A stretch of 64,000 nucleotides of DNA from Amoebidium appalachense (lineage: Eukaryota; Protista; Ichthyosporea): NCBI GenBank assembly GCA_963693365.1, contig CAVNZM010000004.1:10010468-10074467 (forward strand). The letters are read 5' to 3'. The number at the start of each line of letters is the position of its first letter. The stretch's first letter is position 1. The translations under genes and the position numbers were made by a program. Shown here piece by piece: positions 42,543-55,748 of the stretch. The notes under the pieces are model-generated. The model had not been told where the DNA came from, searched no databases, and was given only the letters and a program-made list of their open reading frames with translations.

Positions 42543-42669
42543 TCCGGTTGTATCCCTCGCTTATAAAAATGTGATTCGTGTTGTTCTGATAGAGTTTTGC
42601 CGGCAGGTGAAACAGCGGGCACAAGCATTTTCTGGAACAGCTGTGGGAGCTAGCAGGTGCGTGTGCGCG

Positions 42670-42727
<58 letters not shown>

Positions 42728-42764
42728 TGAGCGAGTGTGTGTGTGTGAGTGTGTGAGTGTGCGT

Positions 42765-42803
<39 letters not shown>

Positions 42804-43284
42804 TGTGGGTGTGTGTGTGGGTGTGTGTGAGTGTGTGTGGGTATGGGTGTGTGTGTGTACGTGGGTGGGTGGGTGGGTGGGTGGGTGGGGGTGGGTGTGT
42901 GTGTTGGGGGGGGGGGGGGGGGGGGGGGGAGGGTATGGGTGGGTGGGTGGGTGGGTGGGTGGGTGGGGGGAGGGTGTGTGTGTGTGTGTGTGTATGTGGT
43001 GTGCGAAAAAAAAGGTGAGGGGGAGGGGAGTAAGGGGGTAGGATAGCGATTTCTGACTCATGCTGTGAAAACAACACCACCAGGCCCCAGTATATGGCAC
43101 ATAGGGGTTGGCAGCCATTCAGTGTTCATACAGGCACTGCTTGCCCAGGTTGGGCATGTGGGCTACAGGCCTATGAATGCTGAGATGGTCCCTGTGGTCT
43201 TAAGGTGTGTGGGTGATTTGTGGGGTTTTGGATTTTTTTTTTTTTTTTTTTTTTTTTGTTTTGTTTTGTTTTGTGTGTGTGTGT

Positions 43285-43331
<47 letters not shown>

Positions 43332-43397
43332 GTGGTTTTTTTTTTTTTTTTGGTGGTTGTTTTGATTTGGCTGTGGGTTTTGGTGGTTGGATCGGGT

Positions 43398-43450
<53 letters not shown>

Positions 43451-43629
43451 GCCCCTTGAAATTAGGTTCGTGTTGTATTGTTTTCGGTGTGGTGTTGTGG
43501 GATACGGGCCTATGAACTCAGAGATGGTCCCTGTGGTATTTAGGTACGTGGGTGGTGGTGTGTGGTTATTTAGGTTTTGGTGTTGGATTTCTCGTGGTTT
43601 TTTTTTTTTTTTTTTTTTTTTCCCTTTTT

Positions 43630-43762
<133 letters not shown>

Positions 43763-46700
43763 TTATGGGTTGGATTATTTTTTTTATTTTTTTTTATTTT
43801 TTTTATTTTTGGCTTTTTTTGAATTTGGCATCGTGTGGTACTGTTTATATTGGTCGGGCTTGTGGGATACGGGCCTATGAAGACGGATATGGTCCCTATG
43901 GTGTTAAGGCCCATGGTGTTTTTGGGTTCTGGATTTCTGTGTTTAATTGGGTGGGTATAAATGTGTATAGTAGTAGGTGTTTATAAGTATGTAAGTGGGT
44001 TTGTATAGATGTGTAAGTGTGTGTGTCTGTGTGGGGGGGGGATGTGTGTATGTGTGGGGGGAAGGGGGGTGGGGGTGGAGGGGGGTTGATGTTTAAATGG
44101 CGGGGGGGGGGGGGGGGGGGGGGAGGAATGTAAAGTTGTTGTATAAGTGGGTGTGTATAAATATATCAAATGAGAGACAAAAAGACACCAGTTGGTAAGT
44201 ATAAATCTGGACGTGGATGTGGATAGTGGGTGTGTATAAATATATCAAATGAGAGGCAAAAAGACACCAGTTGGTAAGTATAAATCTGGACGTGGATGTG
44301 GATAAATGCATGAGTGATTTGTGTAAGTATACACTCATGTGGGAACAATGTCTAAGTGGGTGTGTACAAATGTATGAATGGGTGCTTCCATATGTGTCAG
44401 GTAGAAATGTAAAAATGGGGGTATGTATAAATGTTTAAGTGGATTGGTGTATGTCTATGTGGTGTGAATAAATATGTAATGGATGTGTATGAATAACGGA
44501 TGTGTAGAAGTCCATTTGTGGGTGGGTATATGTGCAAAATGGATGCTTATAAATTTGTAGCTTGGTGCGTGTAAATTCATAAGGGGGTGGGTATAAATGT
44601 ATAGTGGATATGTATAAAAATGTATAAGTGGGTGCGTATAAATGTCTAAGTGGCCACGTTTTCATGCATGAGCGTGTTCGTATAAATGTTTGGCTGGTAT
44701 AAATGTTAATTATGTAGTGGATGCTGACCGTGTTACTACAGGGCACAGGTAGGAGAGGAAAAGGCAGGGAGCACAAATCTGCACATCTATGTCGCACTGG
44801 TGTGAAGCCCCCCTCCCTCCCCCCCCCCCTCCCCCCCCCCCCTCTTTCCTTCTCTTCCTCTTATAGCTTTTCTCTTGGTCCACTGCCCTGCCTTCTTCCC
44901 CTCCCCGCGCTTTCGCCCCTCATATGTTATTCCCCCCCACCCCTTCCCATGGACAGGGGAAGGGGCGGTCTGAGGTCAGGAGGGAGAGAGAGAGTGTGTG
45001 TGTGTGAGGGCAAGTGAGACTGAGAGTGTGAAACCCGAACATGCATGCGGAGACGAGAGAGGGGGGAAGGAGTCGGGGAGGTGGGAGAGAGAGGGGAGGG
45101 GGGGGGGAGGGAAGGGGACATCTAGGGGCGCCAAAAGCAAACAGAGGCACATACCACAAACGGATGCACGTACACACGAATAGCAATTTCATCTCCCTGA
45201 TCGCTCCTTCCCCCCCCTTCCCCCTCCCCGCCCCCTCTCTCATCCCCTCCACCAACCACCACCATCACTCCCAACATGTACACATACACACGCATACAAT
45301 TACTGGCACACCTTTGGGTGCGTGCGCAGACACACGTGCACACACGCATACACGAAAACACGTTTTATTGTTATTATTATTTTACTTATTTTATTAGTTC
45401 TGATTGGCCACTTTACTTACACGGTCGTTTTAACTTCTAACAGGCCATCGTGATTGGTGGGTTTGGCGTGGGTGTGCTGGGTCTGCTCGTGTGGAGGAAG
45501 ATGGGCAGGCGCAAGAGACAGGAACAGACACAAAGCAACATGTGGCTTCCGGTGGAGGACGAGGAGGATGAAAACATGTAGGGACGGTGTTTTTGGTTTA
45601 GTTTGCCGTATCTCCGTGTATGAAATAATGCAGGGAACATCCAATACGTGGTGTTTTTGGTTGAGTTTTCCGAATCTCCTGGATTTATCGGCGTTTAGGA
45701 GAGTGAAACATGTAGGGAGTATCAAAAAAAAACTGTGTTTTTGGTTTGGTTTTACGAGTTTCCCATGTCAGAGGGGGGGGGAAACAATTCGATAATAGAG
45801 ATACCCGGGAGTTTTGGGGTTCTTTTTCTGAGTTTTCCCCAACTCGAGGCACAAACACAGGCTAACGCGTGGTTGCCTGTACATGTGGAGGACGAGGAGG
45901 AGGATGAAAACATGTAGGGAACATCGTGGTGACGTCATGCGTGACAAATGTTTCCGGCCCGGCTGTGCTGACTTGGCTGACGTAAGCTTAATCAAGACAG
46001 CAGAGTCGTAGAAGAGCAAAATAGATGACGAGGACGTTTTTTGACCTATACCCTTTAACCCTATTTTCCCTTATGCTAGCCATTGAAGTTTTTCAGTAGC
46101 TTGTGGAGCTTAGACAGACGAGCGAAGCGCTTTACAGCCCAAGGGGACCCATTCGCCTGCGAGCTGTGACGTCATACTTGGCGTGGAAGAGTCCAGTGGT
46201 GTGTGTCTGGAAGTCTATGGTCGAATATTTCATGGTTCCTTTGATGATCAGAGTACCGTTACTCCACACATGCCTAGTCGAGCATGAGCTCTTTGTCGTA
46301 AGTAGCACTTGCGGCAACCCAAAGTAACTAATTTTGCACTTCTTTTCGGGTTCGACAAGAGTTTTTTCCGGACATGGTGTACAAAACAAAATAATCAGTA
46401 CTGAAGCTATGGCAGCTCGTGATCACATAGATGCTGTTTGGCCTAGTCTATTTCGCCCGTTGACTCTTAATGAGTCCTGAAATAACAGGGCTGGCTGACA
46501 AAGAGCTTGTCGAGACCTTGATCGAGACAGTTGTTAACGAGCATGCTGTTCAAGTTTGTCCTGATGACTAAGTCAAGCTGAAGCTTCGATTCCATGAAAG
46601 CGATGCGGATAGTACACACACACATGCACAAACACTTACCCCTGCCATTCACTTGCTAACAAACATCAACCATACTCTTGCTGTCCCCTCTCTCTTGTTC

Positions 46701-47923
46701 AACACGTGCTTACTCTTAAGAGATTCGACCACCCTTTTCCTTTTGCCTCTTACTATCCCCCCGATTCCGTGCTTGCTTACTTGATACCCCCTCATTCATG
46801 CTCAACCACACACACACATGCATGAATTTGCTTTTTCTCCCCTCCCTCCCCTATCACCCCCCATGACTTTTTTATCTCCCTTCTCTCCTCGGAACCACAA
46901 CTATTTCGTACTCTGGCTCACCTCACACACACGCTTTCACACACTTTCTCTCTACTTTCGAACCACCCACCAACCCACTCGCCGTCCCTTCTCGTATATC
47001 TCCTATTTGCGCACTATCTACAGAAGTGAGCTATCGAGAGATTCACATTCGTTTTTAGATTCTATTATTATATATCTTTTATATTATATTTGCCCAACAA
47101 TCTCTGTTCCTCGTTCCCTATAGTTGTTGAAAACTTTTGTGACACGTCCTTAATATGACCTATGAATGCTAAGGCTTAATGCCAGTTTTTGCAAATGATT
47201 GACAACACTGTCATTTTTTGGTATAAAGCTGATAGACCCACACAGGAATCCAACTAAGCGCGGGGCATGGCTTCTGTGCTTCTGTGATGAGCCATGCTTA
47301 TCATTGCACAGTAAAGCTAGCTTTAAGATGTCTAGTGTGTATGAACACATCAGGACATCTTGGCACCCTGGCACCCGGAATGGATAACGAGGGGGTAGAA
47401 GAGAGGAGTAGAACGGGCAGAAATCAAATCAACTGCCGCCGAGCTGCAGCGGCGAGACCCTAAGACGGCATCACCAGGGCCACTTGGGAAGGCTTCTGCG
47501 TCTGCATGGCATTTAAGTGCGTAGTCAACTTGAGAGAAAGGTCGTTCCAGCCTTATGTATTGATGTGGTCGTCAGCAAGGGTGAAGTGTCGATAGTGTAG
47601 GTCATTCGATAGAGCAGCTTACGGCTCCGACTAAAAATTCAAAACAAACGGTGTCCCTTGCTTCACTCAAATAAACGGCTAGCTATTGCCACCTGGGCCC
47701 TGCAAGCGCTTTCACTGACCTTCACTCATATCCACTTTGCATGTCTTACAACTGGACTTGTACATCATCAACCTATGCCACAATCTCATAAACAACCTTC
47801 AAAAAATCAGTTTCCTAACAGCGAACAAATACATCTAAAACGAGTTTGCTGCATGCCCAGGCTCAAAGACGCCGGAAGTAACTCAACCATAACAACTTCT
47901 TACGAGGACCTCTGACCAAGCAT

Positions 47924-48373
47924 CTACTGCCCGGCCTTGGGATGGGGCTGGAAAGGGTAGTCTGCAGACAGGCCGGTCTTCACCAGAACATCCCACGTAA
48001 ACGCCTTGAAGGCTTCCACCTCCCTCTGGTGCTTCTGCTCCTGTATCTCCAGCTTGTGCTCAAACAACTCCCTCTGGGCAGCCATTTCCTTTTCCTTGCT
48101 ACGCAGCTCAACCTCGAAGACCGCCTGAGTATTGCTGATCTTTTCCTCCAGAGCTACCTCTTACCTCGAAGACCGCTTGTTCTTGCTGTTCTTGACCTCG
48201 AAGACCGCTTGAGTCTTGCTGATCTTTTCCTCCAGAACTGCAGTGCGCTGACGGTTTGCCTCAACGTAATGCAACGTAGCCCCGAACGTCCCAAACAGGG
48301 CCACCGCTGCGGTAATATTTGTTGCATTGTCGGTGAAGGCCTGAAAAAACCGTTGCGCCCAGTGGGTTGTCAT
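47924..48373 (-). pseudogene. Frameshifted paralog of the 150-aa coiled-coil ORF
   Basis: Same sequence as 17915-18367, with small indels near 48160-48190 ending the frame after 70 aa. Confidence 0.45.
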
Positions 48374-48806
48374 TTTTCTCTGACGACTTCTTGGTAGACT
48401 AGAGCAAGGCCTCCTTCCTGCAAATGAAAATAGGCGAGCGATTGGGCAAACTGATGATCATGTATGTTCGCAGACAAGGGTCGACGGGTCGCTTTTCGGG
48501 CCAGCACTCCAGATGTTCGCATGGAAAAGCATGGAAACCCAGTCCGAAGTGGGTTTTAAAACTTTAAGGTGAAATCATATATTTTAAAAAGTAAAATATC
48601 ATGCTATCGTATGCATTTATTACGGATATTATGTAATAAATATCATGCTATGTCTTTATATGTGTGCATGGAAAATGAAAGATTTTGGTGCTTTGTCAAA
48701 GCGCAGGCCCTATTTTTATGGTGGTGTGTCTTTCGACACGCACATCAGGAGTAGGGAATAAAGGTATTTTGAAAAACCTTGTTGACCTGACAATGTGTGC
48801 CCGTGT

Positions 48807-48853
<47 letters not shown>

Positions 48854-49343
48854 TGCCCGCACGGAATGGGTCGAAACCCGGGTATACGTACTCAGTGGAT
48901 GACTTGGGCCCACCTGAGGCCTGAGGGATGTGTTTTTGTTTATGAAGAATACTCATTGTGTGGTTTGCCCTCTGTCTTTCTTTGTCCGTTAGGAATATGT
49001 ACTTCTTCATCGTATGCAAACACATTCTACCCCCCCCCTCCTCTCCCCACACACCAAGAAAAAGAAACTTACGCATGCATACGGCTCGGGTTCGGCATGC
49101 ATGCATGATAGCATTGATAGGCCGAGAGGCAGCTCCGGATCGAGGATCCAATTTCATATATATACCATTGCTATTTATGGCAGAAACAATTTATATGTTC
49201 TGTTACAGTTGAAGGTTCACAGGTTTTGCGTTTACATGCTTACATTCATGATAAATAATTTGCCATTTATATCCTGACTCGTTGGCCCCGATAATTATAC
49301 GCAACGTTAAGATTTTTAAAAAAAAGCCCAACACTGTTCGTGT

Positions 49344-49401
<58 letters not shown>

Positions 49402-49933
49402 AAAAAAAAAAAAAAACGGGGGCCCCTCCCTCTCTAGAGCTCCCACCCCACCTCCCTACAAACAGGCAGTGTTCCCGTGCACACACAAACAAGTCAGTCC
49501 TGTTATGAGACGAAAATTAAAAGAGCGGCACAAGATTTAACGTGCATTCCGACATTCAAAGAGCATGGGCATTCGCATACATCTGCTGTGTGTGTGTGCA
49601 CGCGCATGCACACGCGTGTGTGTAGAGGGGTCTTCGCGTATGTCCGTTTGAACAATACAAAAGTGTTTGACTCTACAATGGCACGTTTATCTACATCGCT
49701 CCCACTATACGTGGAAACCACTTTGCTGACAAACCAACAAACACAAAAAAGTGAAACAGCCCATCCACCAAAAAAGAGCAAATCCGTCCTTGATGCCTTT
49801 CCATGAGCCAGCCAAACTTCCATCCATGTCCCCCCCCCCTCCCCCCCCCCCCCCCCCCCCAAACACCCTCCAGCGCCAAAAAATAAAACCAAAAATAAAA
49901 ATAAAAAATATAAAAAATAAAAAATAAAAAGCC

Positions 49934-50791
49934 CTAGACCTCATTCAACAGGGCAGGCATTGCATCTCTCAACCCCCGTCTAGACACATAAAATGCCACG
50001 TCATTTACCTCAGAATCGCTGTAGTCCGATTGGTCGCTGACACTGACCAATGGTGGGGGTCCGTCATCCTCGCTGCACCCATCCCCCGCCTGGCCTAACA
50101 CTGCCCCGTACCCCTCCGTGTTCCCACCCCCATCCCGCCGCCCGTATGGGCCCCTCCCCCTCCGCGTATAGTACTCGCTATCAGACAAATCTGTATCGGA
50201 TACAGTTACCAAATCGGGAAGGTCATCTTCTATCCCTAGCAACTGCCCAACCAATCCCCTCTGAGGCATCAAAACGGGCGGCCGGCCCAACCCCACCTGC
50301 ACCCCATGCCGAAAATACAACCGGAGGGGTTCATGATGCAAGGTTACCGGCCTTAGGGGGTTTACTGGCTGGAGCAGCCGTGGCGGGGGGTCTCTATTAA
50401 CTTCCACTCGAACTTCAGGTCTCGCTGGGTGTGGGGCAAGGCCCCAAGGCGGGAGTCTCAGCGGGTCGTCTATTCGTCCCTGGGGCATTATCAATACTCG
50501 AAAAAACCCTCTGCCGTCTCCCTCCTCTCCCTCCCGGTTGGCCCCCTGCTGGGCAGGCCGGGGGGGTTCTTGCAACCACGGTGCCTCATCCTCGCTATCA
50601 TCTTCAGACCCCCCCTCCTCCTCATGTTCATCTTCGTAGTCGTAAAAGTCGTCGTCTGAAATTTCGACCTCGAGCGGGGGCAGGTCCCATACGCCATTTG
50701 CAGGGAAAAGTCCAAATTCGTGCTCCTCCAATGGACCCCAAATGCTCTCGGGCCCACCGAACCTCTGCCGGTGGCAGATGTTCGGTGGCAT
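49934..50791 (-). CDS. Hypothetical acidic/proline-rich protein (~285 aa); the copy A allele (19898-24676) is frameshifted and carries the nested LTR insertion
   Basis: Open frame MPPNICHRQRFGGPESIWG...DDDFYDYEDE...PALLNEV* in non-repetitive sequence. No family recognised. Confidence 0.4.
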   Translation of the reverse strand: MPPNICHRQRFGGPESIWGPLEEHEFGLFPANGVWDLPPLEVEISDDDFYDYEDEHEEEGGSEDDSEDEAPWLQEPPRPAQQGANREGEEGDGRGFFRVLIMPQGRIDDPLRLPPWGLAPHPARPEVRVEVNRDPPPRLLQPVNPLRPVTLHHEPLRLYFRHGVQVGLGRPPVLMPQRGLVGQLLGIEDDLPDLVTVSDTDLSDSEYYTRRGRGPYGRRDGGGNTEGYGAVLGQAGDGCSEDDGPPPLVSVSDQSDYSDSEVNDVAFYVSRRGLRDAMPALLNEV

Positions 50792-50796
50792 TGCGC

Positions 50797-50831
<35 letters not shown>

Positions 50832-51871
50832 AGGGGGGTTTTGAATGTGTCATAAAGTACAAGTACACATGAACAACGGATAACACGATGCAGAATGCCA
50901 ACCATACATAAAGAGTGTGCATAGTAAGCAGAGCCCATCGTCAGGGGGGGCCCACGCCATCCACAGTACCTGGGGGGGGGGGGGGGGGGGGGAAGGGGGA
51001 GGGGAGGAGGGAGAGAGGGAGGGGGGTGGCCAGGTATCACGTTGTTCGACCCCTTGGGGGGGGGGAAGGGGGAGGGGAGGAGGGAGAGAGGGAGGGGGGG
51101 GTGGCCAGGTATCACGTACCCCGAGGAAGGCCCCGGGGGGGGGGTTTGAATGCGGAACACGGTACGGAGTACGCATACACGATGAGAAGCATGGTGCAGG
51201 ACACATGCAAAGGCAAACATTCAAGTATGCGACATCAGCTATGCACACAGTATGCGTCATAAGCAGAGCCCATCCTCAGGGAGGGCCCAAGTCGTCAATT
51301 GCATCTGAGTTTCGACCCCTTAGCCCGCGTATATACGACTCTCCAACTCAGACAGCAGCATCAACTGAACTTGGGAGGGTCAACCCGTCTTGATCAAAGA
51401 CGAGCAGGGTTGCTCATGCAAGCAAGGTGAGCAAAACGGTGAAGACGTGTGTGCAAACTAAAGCAGTGCAGCGAAAAATGCGTATATGCTTACAGATGCA
51501 CGACACAGAGCAACCATGCCCGGTTGCATGGAAGTAGAGCGGTCTCCACACAGTGGTCTGTCCTGAAAGGACACCTCTGAAAGAAGACTGGGGGGGTTTG
51601 AATGCGGAACACGGTACGAAGTACGCATACACGATGGGGGGGGGGGGGGGGGGGGGGGGGGTTGAATGCGGAACACGGTACGAAGTACGCATACACCAAG
51701 GACACATGCAAAGGCAAACATTCAAGGGGGTTAACGAAGTCTGGTAAGGGGCAGGCTATTAAGCCCTCCCAAAATGAAGTCACAACCATGCATGTATGTG
51801 TGGAGGGGAGGAGGGGGGAGGCGGAGGCAGAGGTGAGGGGGAGGCGGAGGGGGGGGGGGGGGGGGCAAATA

Positions 51872-51916
<45 letters not shown>

Positions 51917-51945
51917 GGGTGTGGTGTGTGTGTGGGGGGGTTGTT

Positions 51946-52011
<66 letters not shown>

Positions 52012-52014
52012 CGC

Positions 52015-52062
<48 letters not shown>

Positions 52063-52071
52063 TGTGCGTGC

Positions 52072-52247
<176 letters not shown>

Positions 52248-52512
52248 GTGTGTGGATATATTAGCACGTGTTGCTAGTGTAGCCCAAAGATCCAAAGAAT
52301 AACATGCCAAGGGATTTCCAATTGTACACCTGGCCATGTGTGTAGGCCTGCTCATAAGTGTGTGTGCCTCGGCTTACGGAAAGTCTTAGAAACTGAGAAA
52401 CTGCGAACCCAGCATAATATCATATCTTTCACACCACTTAGTGCAAATCATCATGTGGATGGGTATGTTGGGGGCCTGACGATGTTGGCAGTGTTTTTCT
52501 TTTTGTTTTTTT

Positions 52513-52551
<39 letters not shown>

Positions 52552-54209
52552 TGAATACAGTTGTTTTGGATTACAGATCACTACACACAGAGTGCAGGGC
52601 ACATGGAAGACGAGGCTGTGTATAGATGTGTGTGGGTGTGCCAGAAGGGGGGGTGGGGGGGGGGGGGGGGAGTAGAAAGCGGAACGCGATGCAAAGTACA
52701 GCTACATTGAGGCGGGTACAAGGCACAGGCAAAAGCAAACTTTCAAGTATGCAACAGCAGCAACGCGCACAGTATGCACAAAAGGCAGAGGCCATACTCA
52801 GAGGGGCCAAGTCATCAATTGCATCTGAGTTTCGACCACTTCACCTCATTTACGAAACTCAACTCAGATAGCAGCATTAAATGGAGGATCAGCCGTCTTA
52901 ATCAGAGACAAGCAGGGTGGCTTATGCGAGCAAAACTATGAATGTGTATGTGGGCAAACTATTACGGCATGCAGGGAAAAGTGCATACAAACAGATGCAG
53001 GATAGAGAGCAACCATGCCGGGGGGCAGGGGGGGAGGGGGGGAAGGGGGAGGGGGGGGGGGGGGGGAACCAGCTGGGGGGTTATATGCATTAGGCTATGC
53101 GGCTGGGAAGGGCAGGGGAAGTGGGAATCTGCATGCAGCAGAGTGCGCGCGCGCCAGCGCGATGTATGGAGGGGAGGATAGGGGGATGTATGCGTTAACA
53201 GGTGGGTGCAAAAAGAAAGAAGAACAGGATATGAGAAGAAAAAGTATAAACACGATCCAAAACAAAAAATGTGTGCAGGCAAGGGGCAACTGGGAACAGA
53301 GCTTGCCCTTCAGAGGAGCCCTAATACCTCCATCAAGAAACACATGGGGGGGGGGGGGGGGGGGGGGGGGGGGGATGTGTGCGCTAAAGGGTTGGAAATA
53401 TGGAGAAGACAAGAAAAAGCAACAACAAAAAGGTCACCAAAATGAGAAGTGCGCAGGCAGAAGACGCTTGAACAGAGCCCATCATCAGGGGGATTCCTAA
53501 GCCTCCAAAAAAGCATGGTTATCGACTCTTTAACCTCTCGCGTGTGTTTCCCAACCCATACTTGTTTCCATAGCAATAGGCGAGTCCACCCGTCTTAGCC
53601 AAAGACGAGCAGGGTTGTTCAAGGAGCAGCAATCCAAGAACACAGGAGGGGGGAGGGGGGGAGGGGGGGGGGGGGGGGGGGAGGGGGGGGGGGTAACAAT
53701 GTGGTACACGTTACACGTTACCTTTAGCCAACATTTCGATATAAATACATGCAAAGAAACAGCAAGAGCAAATGTATATAAGAGGCTGCATAACTGGTTT
53801 CTTCACGACCATAGAAGCTCGGGAGCAGGGGCAGAGAAAGGGCAGGTGTGGGGTGTGGAGGGCAGGGGGGGGGGGGGGGGGGGGGACTCGTCCAAGGTAA
53901 TTTCAAGTAATAAAAAAACCTATCAACAGCAACATCTCCCTTCAACAGGGGCACAAAACCTCCACATTGTGCACAACCACTAACAGCAGGACAAGCACAT
54001 CCATACACCCACCTTCCACGTAGGTGCCGTACTCTGCATGACCAAGCAGCAGCAAGTAGATGTGGTGGATGACATAGGTTAGCAAAACGTCCAGTATCCC
54101 CTCCCCCCCCCCCCCCCCCCCTCCCCTCCCCCCCCCCCCGCCACCGCCGCCCTGGCCGCCACCCCCCGCCTCCCGTCTCTTTTTCTACCAACACAAACAC
54201 ACACACACA

Positions 54210-54259
<50 letters not shown>

Positions 54260-54954
54260 TCTCGATTCACTCTTTGTTCCCTCTTACTCCCTTACGGCAA
54301 ACGCATTGCGCCACCCCGGCTACCATCGATCAACAACATCCCCTACCTCCTCCCCCCCCCCCCCCCCCCCCCATCCCCTCCCCCCTCCCCCCAACCCCCT
54401 TCCCAACCCCCCCCCCACTCCCCCGGGGGACTCTCCGTCACCTTGTACATGACACAACACACACATCGTTCCCTAATCGGAGAGCCACAAGCCTACCTAT
54501 TCACATCACCGTCCCTATCCTATTTTCAAAAAAAAAAAACCTCAAATCTGATTGTTCAATTTTACCATCGACCGGGGCTGGGTGGTCCTTTGTTGCGCCG
54601 CTGACTGGGCATTTGCCCTCACTGGCCCCACTGTACGGGCAGCTGTGTGTGCGCTCGGCAACTGTGGAAAGAAAAAACAAAGGGGAGGGGGGGGGGGGGG
54701 GGGGGGGGGGGGAGGGAATGGATGCATGAGAGCGTGGCAACCATGGAAACAAAAACATTGTACTACCAAAGGGGGAGAATGTGCTGTTTATTAACGACAT
54801 GTAGGTGAGCTGTGATGAGTTGTCGGCACCAAGGCCAACAGAAGACAAAAACACCAAATTGAAATAAAACACATTGTGCAGGCAGATGATACCTGAGCAG
54901 TGCCCATCATCAAGGAATAAGGGGGGAAGGGAGGTTGGAGGGGAGATGGGGGAA

Positions 54955-54985
<31 letters not shown>

Positions 54986-55698
54986 AAGGTATTATGTTGG
55001 TGGGGAGTATGCTACCTATTGCGACAAGCTAGAAGCGAGGCAAGCGGAGGGACCCCAGCCAACATTGTGCCGAAGAAGACAGTATTCCCTGAGCACACCC
55101 CTAAGGCACACAGAGAGGTGCACTGCCCATTCAACCTCCTGACTCCTGAGATCCATGTCTAAAACGGCAATCCCGAAAAAAAGGTAACCCCGACAATGCC
55201 CCCCCAGCCACCCTCCCCTCCCCTCCCCCTCTCTCCCCCCTCTCCCCCCACCCTCCCCCCCCCCCCCAACCCGCCACCGCCACTACCAGGCAAACCTCTA
55301 TCTGTTCCCATAAAACCGCACACAGCATACACATGTGTGTGTAACATGTACACAGCCACCAACAATACCGGCACACACGTACACCAATAAATGGTCATCA
55401 CAGGCACACGGAAAAAAAACACACACCTGCAATGTGAGCCTGGACGTCTGCATGTTGACAGCGCAGACACACCCAGGAATCAGTGTTAGTGTTGAGCGTT
55501 CACACACTGGAAAGAAGAGGAATGACGCAGAGAAGAGGCCGTGTGTGTGTGTGTGTGTGCGTGCGTGTGTGTATTGTGTCCATGAGGGCGCACATGTGTG
55601 TGCGCGCGAATGCTCATGTGTTTGTGTGTGTGCTTGTGTGTATGTCCGTGTCTGTGTATGTGTGTGGCCGAAAGCACCTGCATGTCCATGTATATGTG

Positions 55699-55748
<50 letters not shown>
